Shown: piece by piece, positions 32,225-42,816 of the stretch | Position numbering within the stretch: position 1 is the first letter of the stretch | How the letters are laid out: each line of letters starts with the position of its first letter | Assembly: GCA_902776615.1 (NCBI GenBank) | Contig: CACYQU010000002.1 | Span: forward strand, 5,419 to 69,418 | Direction: 5' to 3' | Length of the DNA: 64,000 nt | DNA from: an uncultured bacterium | GTDB taxonomy: Bacteria > Verrucomicrobiota > Kiritimatiellia > RFP12 > UBA1067 | Notes under the pieces: generated by a model | Told to the model about the DNA's origin: nothing | What the model saw: the letters and a program-made list of their open reading frames with translations, nothing else | Database searches by the model: none | Made by a program: the position numbers and the translations under genes

Positions 32225-34912
32225 ATGAAGAAACTACTGACAATCTGTGCGACGGCGGTTGCGATTGGCGTCATTGCGCCGAATGCTTCGGCGGCTGAGG
32301 AAACAGTCGCGTCGCTTGACAATCCAAACGGCACGACAACTGTTGCCGCCGGAGACACGAAGACCGTGACCGGCAACGTGACGCAGACAACCGACTCCGC
32401 TGCAGGACGCTTCAACAAGGCGGGCGATGGGACGCTCGTCCTTAAGGGCGCGAACAACACCTTCAAGCGCCTCAAGCACAGTGTCGGCAAGCTTGTCTTT
32501 GACGGCGGTGCTTCCACCGTAAGCGGCGGCACTGGCGCGGGCGTCGTTGGCGATGGGGGGAATTTCTTCCTTGACGGCGACGAGGTAGTCATCACGGGCG
32601 GCGCGAATGTGAAAGTCGGAGCCGCCGGCAACTCCGGGACGCAATACCCGATTCTACGCTCGGTGTCGATGGTCATAACCAACGGTACGTTTGACATGTC
32701 AGTTAACACTGCACATGCGCTGTGCAACTTCAAGAATAGCGCGCTTCCGCTCAAGACTGCGGGTCAAACCATCACGGTTGGCGAAGGTGGACTTTTCCGC
32801 GCGTGGCAGTTGCGCCCGTTCCAGCCTGGAACAGACGCAAGCTCCTACAAGGACAAATACGGATTCAACATCGTCGATGGCGGCGTCCTTGAACTTGTCT
32901 GCAAGGACGCGATGCGAATCGACGGACAGCAATACGGGTTCGTCCATTTCGACGGCGGCGTTCTGGCCAACGTCGCATCAGGCACCTCTGTCGTTCCGTG
33001 CTACCTCTACTCAGGTTCTCCTACCTTGGCTACGATGCTTTCCACGACTGCTACGACATGGACAAACGCCCGCCTCAGCGTAGGCGAAGGCGGCGCAGTC
33101 ATTTCCAATGCCGTTTCGCAAAAGCTGTATCTGCCTGTTCCGTTCCGCAATGCAGAGTCCGGCGGAGCGTCCGACGGCGGCCTCCACTTCAGCGGCAAAG
33201 GGACGACCTACCTCTACGCGACGGGTGCCACATACAACGGTGGAACGCACCTTGAATCGACCGATGGCGGCATTCTTGTTTTGAACGCCACATACGGCGA
33301 CACGTCGCTCGGTGCCGTCCCCGACGACCCGGAGGCCAATATCTGGATCAAGGGTTCAAACCATACGCTCTTCAACCAAGAGGGCTCCTTCGCCATCCAT
33401 TCCAACCGTACTGTATTCGTGAAAAACGGCACAACTTTCTACACTGGTGCCAACGCGAACGCACGACTCGTCTTCGGCGGCCTTGTTAAGGGCGAGACCG
33501 TCGGCGGGTTGTCGTACCCGACGAATACGATATTCCGGGTGAAAGACACTTGGGCAGGAACGACTGTACTCAGCCCCGGAGCAAGTCGCACGAACGATAT
33601 CGGGCGCTTGGTTGTCTTAGGCGCGCTTGAAATCACCAATGGCGTCACGATGATCGCGTCGGCGACTGGCGGGACGACCGTGAACGACGGCATGCTTTAT
33701 GTTACCGCCGGCTCTGCTACCGGCAGTGGAATCAAGGGACGACTCTTTGTCAAGGAAGGCGGAGTTCTTTCCACCCCGCAGACAGACACGCGCTTTGTCA
33801 CGATGGCGAACTACGCTCAGGCAGACATCTGCGGCGGCACCGTTGACTTCCCGAAAGTCGAATGGCTCAATGCGTTGAATGCGCCGGCGCTGACCACCGT
33901 CCGCGATGGCGGATTCCTCAATGTCGAGACTTTTCGCATTACTCAAGGCGTGACGTCTGGCAATCCCACTGTCGTGCGTCTCGGGACGAACGGCACAATG
34001 CGCGTGAACCAGCTGGCGTTGGACCTCACCAAGGACCAGCCGGACGTGACGTTCCTTTTCGACGGCGGCGCAATCCAGAGCGCTTCCGGCTATAGCAAGG
34101 CGGACGAAGACCAAGTCGATGACAAGGTCGTCAGGGCGTCGTTCATCCGCAATTCGTCAGATTCCAAATGGGACGGCGTTAAATTCGCGATCGGCTCCGG
34201 CGGCGCGGTGTTCGACACCTCCAACAACAAGAACCTCTTCTGGTACCGTCCGCTCGTCAAGGCGACGTCGGGCGCTCCGGACGGCGGCATCGAGGCGCGC
34301 GGAATTCTTGCCCAGGAAAAGGCCGTCTGCCTGATGGTGGCGGCTGACTACAACGGTCCCACGATCGTTGACGGCACGACCTTCCAGCAGCGCGGTGGCG
34401 ACAACCTGATTCCGTCCGGTACGAAGCTTGTCCTGAAGAACGGCGGCATTGCGTCGTTCTGCACCTACGCCTCGGGCTACCAGAGCGACACCAGCAAGCA
34501 TACGGCGGCGACACTCGGCGGCATCGAGGGCGATGGCGAAGTCCGCTACTGCACACATGTCACCGTAAATGGCACGATTGCGCCGAGCATCGGCGGAACA
34601 ATCAGTTTCCACAAGACGCTTCAATCCCTCTCCGGCACGCTGGAAATCGCAGGCGACGCGACGGGATGCGGTAAGGTGCGGTTCGACCAGAAGCAGGACA
34701 TCTCTGGGCTGACGCTGAAGATCGCCGACATTTCGGCGTTTGACAAAGAGGCGGACAGCAAGTTCTACAAGATTATTGACGCCCAGAATGGAATCACCGG
34801 CAAGTTCACAAAGTCTGCCGATTTCCCGTCTGACTGGGAAATCAAATATTCTGCCGATGGAAAGAGCGTATATGTCTATCGTCCCAGCGGCTTGCTTATC
34901 ATAATCAAGTAG
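32225..34912 (+). CDS. Secreted protein with autotransporter-associated beta-strand repeats (predicted beta-helix)
   Basis: Signal peptide MKKLLTICATAVAIGVIAPNASA. Repeated G-(D/T)-G-T-L-x-L-x-G-x-N-T-(F/Y)-x-G-G-T-like units (GDGTLVLKGANNTF, GKGTTYLYATGATYNGGT). 895 aa, Gly/Thr/Asn-rich. Confidence 0.65.
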   Translation: MKKLLTICATAVAIGVIAPNASAAEETVASLDNPNGTTTVAAGDTKTVTGNVTQTTDSAAGRFNKAGDGTLVLKGANNTFKRLKHSVGKLVFDGGASTVSGGTGAGVVGDGGNFFLDGDEVVITGGANVKVGAAGNSGTQYPILRSVSMVITNGTFDMSVNTAHALCNFKNSALPLKTAGQTITVGEGGLFRAWQLRPFQPGTDASSYKDKYGFNIVDGGVLELVCKDAMRIDGQQYGFVHFDGGVLANVASGTSVVPCYLYSGSPTLATMLSTTATTWTNARLSVGEGGAVISNAVSQKLYLPVPFRNAESGGASDGGLHFSGKGTTYLYATGATYNGGTHLESTDGGILVLNATYGDTSLGAVPDDPEANIWIKGSNHTLFNQEGSFAIHSNRTVFVKNGTTFYTGANANARLVFGGLVKGETVGGLSYPTNTIFRVKDTWAGTTVLSPGASRTNDIGRLVVLGALEITNGVTMIASATGGTTVNDGMLYVTAGSATGSGIKGRLFVKEGGVLSTPQTDTRFVTMANYAQADICGGTVDFPKVEWLNALNAPALTTVRDGGFLNVETFRITQGVTSGNPTVVRLGTNGTMRVNQLALDLTKDQPDVTFLFDGGAIQSASGYSKADEDQVDDKVVRASFIRNSSDSKWDGVKFAIGSGGAVFDTSNNKNLFWYRPLVKATSGAPDGGIEARGILAQEKAVCLMVAADYNGPTIVDGTTFQQRGGDNLIPSGTKLVLKNGGIASFCTYASGYQSDTSKHTAATLGGIEGDGEVRYCTHVTVNGTIAPSIGGTISFHKTLQSLSGTLEIAGDATGCGKVRFDQKQDISGLTLKIADISAFDKEADSKFYKIIDAQNGITGKFTKSADFPSDWEIKYSADGKSVYVYRPSGLLIIIK

Positions 34913-34915
34913 GTT

Positions 34916-37900
34916 TTGTCTGCAAGTCGCATAGCCTTGGCGGCAGTCGCAGGCCTTGCCGCTGCCGCAACGGACATCCGCGCCGCCGTCGTCCTTGATG
35001 CGCCGGGCCATGTGTGCGAGGAGGGGTGCGCACCTCTTGCGCGAGGCGCGTCCCCGGGTTCGGTGTGGACGCTTTGCGACTGGCGCGGGCGCACGCTTGC
35101 GGCGGAGATCGCAGTTGGCGCCGACGGCGTGATTGCGCTTGACCCTCTCACGACAGGCTACTACCATCTTCGCTGCGGTGAGGAGGATGTGACGTTCGCC
35201 GTCGTGCCAAGACAGACGGATGGACCGCTTGATTGCGGCTCTTTCTACGGCGTCGACTCTGCACAGAGCGGCATATCGGGAAAGGGTGTGTTCCTGTGTC
35301 CGTGGAACGGCGGCGACACGTTCCGGACGGTAAGCGACCTCATCCGGCTTGCGGGCGTTCCGCACGTCCGCGAGCGCCTGAGCTGGCGCAAAGTCGATCG
35401 CGGCCCGGGCCGTCCGCCCGTGCTCGGACATTACCTGCACAATGCAAGGCTTCTAAACGAGCGGGGCATCCTTGTCTCGGGAATGTTCCATGATGCGCCG
35501 GACTGGGCCGGGAGGAGCGTAAAGCTGCCGCTGGATCTCAATGCCGTCCACCGCTTCTGCTCGCAGGTCGCCATCGGCTTTGGAGAGCGCATGGGCGACT
35601 GGGAGTTCTGGAACGAGCCGGACATAGGATTCGCGCCGGAGCCGGTTTGGGACTATGCGGCCGCGCTCAAGGCCGCCTATCTCGGCTTCAAGTCGGCGCG
35701 TCCCGACATGCCGGTGCTTCCGGGGGCGCTCTGCCGCAAGCCAGGGAGCAGGTATGCCGCCGTGCTGTCGGCAAACGACGCGGACAAGTTCGGCGACGTG
35801 TTCAACTACCACGTCTACGAGCCGATTGCGCAGTATCCAGAGACTTTTGCGGCCATTCGCGAGAACCTGACGAGGGTCGGCGCCGAAGGGCGCGCGATAT
35901 GGGTGACGGAGTGCAGCACTCACCTCGAAGGCCATTCGAAAAGGCAGAGCGTGATGCCGGGGATGATGATGCATTCGCCCGAGCAGGAGCTTGTCCTCGC
36001 CGAGTTCTACCCGAAAGCCCAAGTGGCCCTGCAAATGGCCGGCGTGTCGCGCAACTACCATTTCGTGTTCGGTGCGTACAACGAGGCGAACGGCGCGAAG
36101 GACTGGGGCGTGATGCGGCGCGACGGGACGGTGAAGCCGGTGTATGCCGCCATCGGTACGATGGTCCGCGAACTGGTCTCGGCCAGGCTTGCCGGCGAAA
36201 TCAAGGCAGGAGAGGGCTTGCGGGCGTATCTCTTCGTGCAGCCCGATGGTTCGCAGACGGTCGCATACTGGTCCGTCTCGACGATCGACACGGCGACCAT
36301 CCGCCCTAACATTGCGGCGCGAAACCCGATCTCGGCGCAATGCGACCTTCGGCGTGCAATGACCATCGCCGCGCCGGACGGAGAGTATCGGCTTGCCGAC
36401 CTCTGCGGCATGCGCTCGACCGTGGCGGCGAAAGGCGGGACGCTGGAACTGGAGGCGACGCGCTATCCGGCATACGTGTCTGGGCTGCACGGGCTCACGG
36501 CGGACGTCCAGCCTCGGCCGTGCGGGAAGGTTAGGCCGTATGTCGCTCGCGACGACGAAGACCTTTCGGTGATCGTTCGCGCCGAATTCGACAAGAGGGA
36601 CTTCGAGATATCCGACCAGAAGACGCGTGCGGTGCTCAAGGAGGAGACGGGGCGTGTGCGAGTGTTCGTCTGGAATCTCGGCGACACGGCCAAGACGGGA
36701 ACGGTCGAGGTAGCCGGTGCGAGGCTTCGCGGGCTGCCGACCGTGCCTTTTGGTCTGGGGCCGCGAGGTTCAGGTCCTGCGGTGTTCGACTGCGTCCTCG
36801 CGCCGGAAGACGGCGGCGGCGGCGAAACCACGCTTGAGCTTGCGGGTGTTTTCGGAGGCAGGCGTTCAAGCCGGTTCTGCGCGCCGCTCCTTCTTGAAAG
36901 GCGATTCCTGGCGGAGCTTGAACGCGTCCCGGTCGAATGGCGCTCTGCCGGGGCGTGGAAGCGCAACACGTCGGCGCAGACGTACGGCGCGGCATTCGAC
37001 GAGGCCGAGCAGGCGATGCGCTTCGACTTCGGCTGGACCGATCCGTCCGTCGACAGGTGGTTCTATCCTGTGCACGAACTTTCCTTGCCGCGGGAAGGAC
37101 TGGAGGGCGCCCGCATGATGGAGTTCGAGGTGAAGTCTGCGCAGGACAAGGTCGAGAACGATTTCGCCGGGCAGTATCTCATGCTTGTCCATGCGGACGG
37201 GTCGAAGGAGGCGAAGATGCTTCCGTACAATGCGCCGGTCGGCAAGTGGGAACGCCGGTATGTGACGCTGGACGGCGAAATGGACCTTGCGGACGTCAAG
37301 GCGATACGGCTTGGCGCGAATCCGAGAGGCATGAAGTGTACGTTCTGGATTCGCAATCTTGCGATCCTCAGGAAGAAGGGGAATGCCGCCGCATCCCTTG
37401 CGGATGCAGGCGGGGCCGTCCTGTTCGGCGAGAAAGGTCTTGTGGCGGATCGTTCCGCCGCGCTTGCGGAACTGGTGCCGTGGAAGGCGCCGGCCCCGTC
37501 GCTTCGCCTTGCCGACCAGAAGGTAGAATGTCTGGGCGGCGACGCGTATGCCATTACGCGCACTGTGAAGAACGTTGGCGACGCGCCGGTCAGGTTCAAG
37601 GACGAACTGCGCGTGCGCGACATGTTTGCCGCGGACCGCTACCTGATACCGTGCGTCAACTACAACGGCAACGAGTTCGGTGCGCTCAAGACGCCGAAGG
37701 GACTTTCGTGCGAGGGTGAGCCGTGGGTGTTTTCGTACGAGCGCACGGGCGTGCCGAGCTGCACGCTTACCGAGAACGGATCGACAGGCCTCGCCGTATT
37801 CGCCGCGAACGACACGAAGTCGTCGCTGGTGAGCGCGTGTTCGCTGGAGCTTGCGGACGGGCGATACGAACACGTAATCTACCGCCCCGTCACGGAAGCT

Positions 37901-39406
37901 CCTGTCACATACGAGTCGAAGGGAGTGTTCGGCCCGCGCTACGACACGTACATAACGCTCGGCGCAGGCGAGACTTTCACTTCGAAGAGCCATGTGTGCG
38001 TATGCCGGCCGAAGTGGACGGGCTATGCCTACGCCGCGCTCATCGACCATGCGCTCAACCTGCTCGATCCGCAGCTGGAGCCGTGCCTGACGGACGACGA
38101 GGTGTTCGACCTCGGCATACGCTACATCCATTCCCTGCTCTATCCCTACAGGGGCAAATGGCTCGTGAACGAGCACTACATAAACCGCATGGGGCACGAC
38201 TGCGCGGCGATGCGCATCACGCGCGAAGAGATGGCCGAGCGCATGAAGTGGGAATACTGGACCACTCTCGGCACATACTGCCAGACGTTCGAGGTCGGCT
38301 GGGCCGGGCAGAACTTCCTCAATGCGCGGATGCTCGCCGTCAAGGCGTTTGCGACGGACGACGACGCGCTCCTCAAGAAGGCCGTCGGAGTGTTCGACGC
38401 CTTCGTCGCCACGCAGCAGCCGAGCGGGCTTCTCCACACATGCTACCAGTTCAACTTCGAGGCCGATCGCGTCGAGCGGCGTCCGGCGGATGCCTGCAAC
38501 ATGGGTTGGGCTGCGGCGGAGGCGGTGAGAATGAAGCGGCTTCTTGCGGCGCACGGCGTGGACAAGCCGGAATACGTCAGGTTCGCGCGCGGCATCTGCG
38601 ACTTCTTCGTCGGGCACTGGTCGGACGAATGGGGCTTCGGCAAGAGCTGGCGCGTCGACGGCCGCCCGGCGGCGCAGGCCGGGACGATCGGCGGATTTCT
38701 CATTCCTGCGCTTGTCGAGCTTTACGGCGAGACGAAGGAGCGCAAATACCTCGACGCCGCGCTCAGGGCAAGCGACTTCTACTTCAAGCGCGACCTCGAC
38801 CGTTTCGAATGCACGGCAGGCGCCATCGACTGCTGCTGCATCGACAAGGAGACGGCCTGGCCGTTCCTCAACGGATCGCTTTCGCTATATCGCATAACGG
38901 GCGACGCGAAGCATCTGGAGCGGGCCGAGAAGGCGGCGGCGTACTTCACGAGCTGGATGTTCTTCTGCGACGGCGTGTACGGGCCTGAGACGGACATAGC
39001 GAAGCACGGCTGGCACACGATCGGCGGAACGGCGGTGAGCGCGGAGCATCAGGGGATCGATTCGTGGGGGTCGATAGCAGTGCCCGACCTTGAGGAGCTT
39101 TCGGAACTGACGGGCGACGGGAAGTGGCGGCGCGTCGCGCGGCTCATGTGGGCAAACGCCATGCAGTGCATCACGACGCGCCTCGGCGAGTTCTACCACG
39201 GCCAGCAGCGGCCGATAGGCTCGCAGAGCGAGGCATGCTTCCAGGCGCGGTTCACCAAGTACCGCCCTGTTATCGAGGCGGGATACTTCAGTGACATCCT
39301 CGCGCCCTGGCCGAGCGCGTTCCGCATGTGGTCGGTGGAGCGCATGAAGGCTAAAGCGGGGCACGCCAATCAAGGCGATTTATCCAAAGGACAGAAAATA
39401 AGATGA
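34916..39406 (+). CDS. Very large (1496 aa) secreted multidomain glycoside hydrolase; N-terminal clan GH-A (beta/alpha)8-like catalytic module, large C-terminal part unassigned
   Basis: Signal-like AAVAGLAAAATDIRA. GDWEFWNEPD (acid/base NEP) and AIWVTECS (nucleophile TE) motifs about 110 aa apart. The remaining ~1000 aa have no motif I recognise. TTG start lies 4 nt after the upstream stop. Confidence 0.6.
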   Translation: MSASRIALAAVAGLAAAATDIRAAVVLDAPGHVCEEGCAPLARGASPGSVWTLCDWRGRTLAAEIAVGADGVIALDPLTTGYYHLRCGEEDVTFAVVPRQTDGPLDCGSFYGVDSAQSGISGKGVFLCPWNGGDTFRTVSDLIRLAGVPHVRERLSWRKVDRGPGRPPVLGHYLHNARLLNERGILVSGMFHDAPDWAGRSVKLPLDLNAVHRFCSQVAIGFGERMGDWEFWNEPDIGFAPEPVWDYAAALKAAYLGFKSARPDMPVLPGALCRKPGSRYAAVLSANDADKFGDVFNYHVYEPIAQYPETFAAIRENLTRVGAEGRAIWVTECSTHLEGHSKRQSVMPGMMMHSPEQELVLAEFYPKAQVALQMAGVSRNYHFVFGAYNEANGAKDWGVMRRDGTVKPVYAAIGTMVRELVSARLAGEIKAGEGLRAYLFVQPDGSQTVAYWSVSTIDTATIRPNIAARNPISAQCDLRRAMTIAAPDGEYRLADLCGMRSTVAAKGGTLELEATRYPAYVSGLHGLTADVQPRPCGKVRPYVARDDEDLSVIVRAEFDKRDFEISDQKTRAVLKEETGRVRVFVWNLGDTAKTGTVEVAGARLRGLPTVPFGLGPRGSGPAVFDCVLAPEDGGGGETTLELAGVFGGRRSSRFCAPLLLERRFLAELERVPVEWRSAGAWKRNTSAQTYGAAFDEAEQAMRFDFGWTDPSVDRWFYPVHELSLPREGLEGARMMEFEVKSAQDKVENDFAGQYLMLVHADGSKEAKMLPYNAPVGKWERRYVTLDGEMDLADVKAIRLGANPRGMKCTFWIRNLAILRKKGNAAASLADAGGAVLFGEKGLVADRSAALAELVPWKAPAPSLRLADQKVECLGGDAYAITRTVKNVGDAPVRFKDELRVRDMFAADRYLIPCVNYNGNEFGALKTPKGLSCEGEPWVFSYERTGVPSCTLTENGSTGLAVFAANDTKSSLVSACSLELADGRYEHVIYRPVTEAPVTYESKGVFGPRYDTYITLGAGETFTSKSHVCVCRPKWTGYAYAALIDHALNLLDPQLEPCLTDDEVFDLGIRYIHSLLYPYRGKWLVNEHYINRMGHDCAAMRITREEMAERMKWEYWTTLGTYCQTFEVGWAGQNFLNARMLAVKAFATDDDALLKKAVGVFDAFVATQQPSGLLHTCYQFNFEADRVERRPADACNMGWAAAEAVRMKRLLAAHGVDKPEYVRFARGICDFFVGHWSDEWGFGKSWRVDGRPAAQAGTIGGFLIPALVELYGETKERKYLDAALRASDFYFKRDLDRFECTAGAIDCCCIDKETAWPFLNGSLSLYRITGDAKHLERAEKAAAYFTSWMFFCDGVYGPETDIAKHGWHTIGGTAVSAEHQGIDSWGSIAVPDLEELSELTGDGKWRRVARLMWANAMQCITTRLGEFYHGQQRPIGSQSEACFQARFTKYRPVIEAGYFSDILAPWPSAFRMWSVERMKAKAGHANQGDLSKGQKIR

Positions 39407-40362
39407 AGGCGATGACTATCGGCGCCAACGGCGCCTTTGAGTGGAAAGAGGTCGGCGAGCCGCAGCTCGGCGGCGATTTCAATGTGCTCCTGGAGGTTAA
39501 GGCGTGCGCGCTGAACCGTGCGGACGTGATGCAGCGCGCAGGCACCTACGCGCCGCCGCCCGAGTGGCCGGAATGGCCGGGGCTCGAGTGCTCGGGCGTG
39601 GTGCTTGAAGCTCCTGCGGGCGGCCGCTTCAAGCCTGGCGATGCGGTGTGCGCGCTTCTCGGCGGCGGTGGCTACGCAGAGCGCGTGGCCGTCCCGGAGG
39701 GGATGTGCATGCCTCTGCCGAAGGGCTTTTCGTTCGAGCAGGCCGCCGGCGTCCCGGAGGTGTACGCGACTGCCTATCTGAACCTGAAGATCGTCGGCGA
39801 AATCCAGAAAGGAGAGACATTCTTCATCAACGGCGGCGAGGGCGGGCTTGGCATCGCCACGATCCAGCTCGCAAAGCATGTCTTCGGCGCGAAGGTTGTC
39901 GCGCAGGTGGCGAGCGACGAAAACGGCGAGTTCTGCAAGGGCGTCGGAGCGGATGTCGTGAGCAACAGGTTCAAGGACGATCTCGTGGCGACGCTTGCGG
40001 CGAATCCGCCGAATGTCGCGATCGATCCCGTCGGCGGGCCGCTTATGGGAAAGTGCATCGCGACCATGCCTTACCGCGGACGCTGGATTTCGCTCGCGTC
40101 GATGGCGGGTAACGAGACGACGCTCGACGTAAATCTCCTGTGGCGCAAGAACCTGCGCGTCATCGGCTCGACGCTCAGGTCGCGCACGAGCGCGGAGAAG
40201 GCGCAGATACTCGCCGGGCTTGTCCGCGACGTGTGGCCTGCGTTCGAGAGCGGCCGGTTCGCGCCGTTCATCCACAAGGTCCTGCCGGTAACCGAGGCCG
40301 CCGAGGCCCATCGCATGATGGTCGCGGGCGAGAACCGGGGCAAGATCGTCATGACGATATGA
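39403..40362 (+). CDS. NAD(P)H:quinone oxidoreductase (MDR superfamily, PIG3/Qor-like)
   Basis: LEVKACALNRADVMQRAGTYAPPP, GLECSGVV, INGGEGGLGIATIQLAK. ATGA overlaps with both neighbours. Confidence 0.75.
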   Translation: MKAMTIGANGAFEWKEVGEPQLGGDFNVLLEVKACALNRADVMQRAGTYAPPPEWPEWPGLECSGVVLEAPAGGRFKPGDAVCALLGGGGYAERVAVPEGMCMPLPKGFSFEQAAGVPEVYATAYLNLKIVGEIQKGETFFINGGEGGLGIATIQLAKHVFGAKVVAQVASDENGEFCKGVGADVVSNRFKDDLVATLAANPPNVAIDPVGGPLMGKCIATMPYRGRWISLASMAGNETTLDVNLLWRKNLRVIGSTLRSRTSAEKAQILAGLVRDVWPAFESGRFAPFIHKVLPVTEAAEAHRMMVAGENRGKIVMTI

Positions 40363-42806
40363 GGAGTCTGCTTGCGATGACGACGGATGCTTGGAAGGTC
40401 AAATGGGTCTGTGCGGCGGTATGCGCGGCGGTCATGTCGCTGCATGCGGCGACGGTCGAGAGGGTGTTTCGCGCAGAGCGGCATTCGCGGGGCGACACGA
40501 ACGTTCGCGTGCAGCAGCCGATAGACGAGGCGTCGTGGATATGGGCGAAGGGCAGCGACGTGTGGGGAAGGGCGGTGTTCTCCGAGACGCGCACCACGCC
40601 GGAGACGCTGGCGAAGATGCCGCAGTCGTTCTTTCGCTTCCGCAACGACTTCACGGCGACGGAAGAACCGCTGGAAATCGACGTGTCGGCGGACGAGCGG
40701 TTCATCCTACTTCTCGACGGAAGGGAGATTGCGCGCGGTCCGATGCGCGGGCTCCCGAACCGCTGGAACTACGAGAGCTACCGCGTCTGGGGTCTTGCGC
40801 CCGGCGAGCACCGTCTCGAGGCGGTCTGCTGGCAGGTCGGCGAACATGCGCCGCTCTCGCAGGTGTCGATACGCGGCGGTTTCATAGTCAAGGCCGGCGG
40901 TGCATACGACAGGCAGCTTTCGACCGGCAGGGCGAAGTGGAAGGTCGCGCCTCTCGTCGGCACACGAATGACGCACAAGGGGAAGTCCGGCGCGTTCGGC
41001 GTCGGTTCGCAGTGCGAGGTTCGCGGGACGGGCCTTCTTGACGAGGAGCCGGACGCCGGGGCATGGTCCGACGCGGTTGTCGTGCGCGGTCCCGTGAAGA
41101 CGTGGGCAGGCCTGGTCGTGCAGGGATGGAAGCTCTTCCCGTCTCCGCTCAGGGACATGATGCACGAGCGCAAGGCGCCTGGCGCGGTCAGGCGCGGGTT
41201 CGACGTGCTGGCGGCCGGCACCGTCGTTCCCGCCAATGCGAAAGTCACGGCATGGTGGGATCTCGGCGACTACTACTGTGCGTATCCGTGCCTTTCTGTT
41301 TCTGGCGGCAAGGGCGCGCGCGTAAGCTGGGACTGGGCGGAGTGTCTTACGGGACCGGACGGGAAGAAGGGCGACCGCGCCGCGTTCGAGGGTCTGGACA
41401 TGGCGCGTCCGTTCGGCGACGTGTTCATCTGTGACGGGCGCCCAGGCGCGCGCTTCACAACGCCGTGGTGGCGCTGCGGACGCTGGTGCAGGATTGCGAT
41501 CGAGACGGCGGACGAGCCTTTGGCCCTGGACGGGGTTGAAATAGCCGAGACTCGCTATCCGGTGGAGATGGCAGCCTCGTTCGAATGCGACGACGGGTTC
41601 GTCATGAAGATGCAGCCCGTATGCGCACGTTCGCTTCAGATGTGCATGCACGAGATGTTCTTCGACTGCCCGTACTACGAGCAGCAGATGTACCCGGGCG
41701 ACAGCCGTCTCCAGTATCTTGTCTCGGGGCTGTTCGACACCGAGGATCGAATCGTACGCAACGCCATAAACCTCTACGACGCCGACAGGCGCGAGAACGG
41801 GCAGATATCGATGAACTGCCCTACGCGAGGTACGCAGGAGGCTCTCGGCTTCACGTGCTGCGAGGCGATGATGTTCGGCGACTACGCATGGAACCATGCG
41901 AACCGCGCATGGCTCAAGGCGAAGCTTCCCGGCCTCAACCATACGCTGATGGGCATGGACGAATTCGCACGGGACGACGGGCTCCTCCGCAAGACGCCCG
42001 GGTGGAACTTCGTCGACTGGGTGGTCGCCCCGCAGTGGAACTACGGCGTGCCGCCGGACGGCGACTCGGGAAATCCCAATGCGGAGATGAATCTGCAGTA
42101 CCTGCATGCAATGCTGTCGGCCGTGATAGCCGAGGATGCAGTCGGCGACGCGGCTCTGTCGGCATACTGGCGCGACAGGGCCGAGCGGCTCAAGTCGGCC
42201 ATCAAGGCCGCGTTCTGGTGCGAGGAGAAGTCGCTTTTCGCATCGAACGTCGGCAAGACTGAGTTCAGCGAGCATTCGCAGTGCCTTGCGCTTCTGGCAG
42301 ACGTGGTCACGGGGGACGAGGCGGCACGGTGTTTCAAGGCTCTTGTGGAGACGCCGGATCTTGCGCGCGGCACAATCTACTACAAGCACTATCTCTTCTC
42401 GACGTATTTCAAGTTCCGTCGCGCCGACCTGTTCTTCGGCAACCTCGGCTTCTGGCGCGACTGCCTCGACTGGAACCTGTCGACAATCCTCGAGACGCCC
42501 GAGAGGAACTCCAGAAGCGATTGCCACGGCTGGGGTTCGCATCCGCTCTGGCACCTGCACACGGGCGTCGCAGGCGTGCAGAGCGCCGCGCCGTTCTACG
42601 GGAAGGTCCTGGTCGATCCGCAGCCAGGGCACCTGAAGCGCATCCGCAGCTCCACGCCCACGCCCAAGGGCGACGTTAAGCTTGACCTTTCGTTCGGCGG
42701 CGGCAATGCGACCGGTACCGTTGTCCTGCCGGAAGGGCTTTCCGGCACGTTCCGCTGGAACGGCAGGGACGCTGCCCTCCATCCAGGCTCCAATGTGTTG
42801 AGGTGA
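40359..42806 (+). CDS. Six-hairpin glycosidase, alpha-L-rhamnosidase (GH78)-like
   Basis: 815 aa, signal-like N-terminus. An N-terminal beta-sandwich-like region is followed by a FFDCPYYEQQMYPGDS segment and a W/H-rich C-terminal part (DCHGWGSHPLWH) reminiscent of GH78-type (alpha/alpha)6 enzymes. Family assignment is tentative. Confidence 0.5.
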   Translation: MRSLLAMTTDAWKVKWVCAAVCAAVMSLHAATVERVFRAERHSRGDTNVRVQQPIDEASWIWAKGSDVWGRAVFSETRTTPETLAKMPQSFFRFRNDFTATEEPLEIDVSADERFILLLDGREIARGPMRGLPNRWNYESYRVWGLAPGEHRLEAVCWQVGEHAPLSQVSIRGGFIVKAGGAYDRQLSTGRAKWKVAPLVGTRMTHKGKSGAFGVGSQCEVRGTGLLDEEPDAGAWSDAVVVRGPVKTWAGLVVQGWKLFPSPLRDMMHERKAPGAVRRGFDVLAAGTVVPANAKVTAWWDLGDYYCAYPCLSVSGGKGARVSWDWAECLTGPDGKKGDRAAFEGLDMARPFGDVFICDGRPGARFTTPWWRCGRWCRIAIETADEPLALDGVEIAETRYPVEMAASFECDDGFVMKMQPVCARSLQMCMHEMFFDCPYYEQQMYPGDSRLQYLVSGLFDTEDRIVRNAINLYDADRRENGQISMNCPTRGTQEALGFTCCEAMMFGDYAWNHANRAWLKAKLPGLNHTLMGMDEFARDDGLLRKTPGWNFVDWVVAPQWNYGVPPDGDSGNPNAEMNLQYLHAMLSAVIAEDAVGDAALSAYWRDRAERLKSAIKAAFWCEEKSLFASNVGKTEFSEHSQCLALLADVVTGDEAARCFKALVETPDLARGTIYYKHYLFSTYFKFRRADLFFGNLGFWRDCLDWNLSTILETPERNSRSDCHGWGSHPLWHLHTGVAGVQSAAPFYGKVLVDPQPGHLKRIRSSTPTPKGDVKLDLSFGGGNATGTVVLPEGLSGTFRWNGRDAALHPGSNVLR

Positions 42807-42816
42807 CCGCGACGAC

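Noticed and set aside
36866-38617. 583-aa ORF antisense to the giant hydrolase. The same applies to 35453-36490 and 34157-35440.
   Set aside because: Shadow ORFs with low-complexity Arg-rich translation. The sense frame is continuous over 4.5 kb with catalytic motifs.
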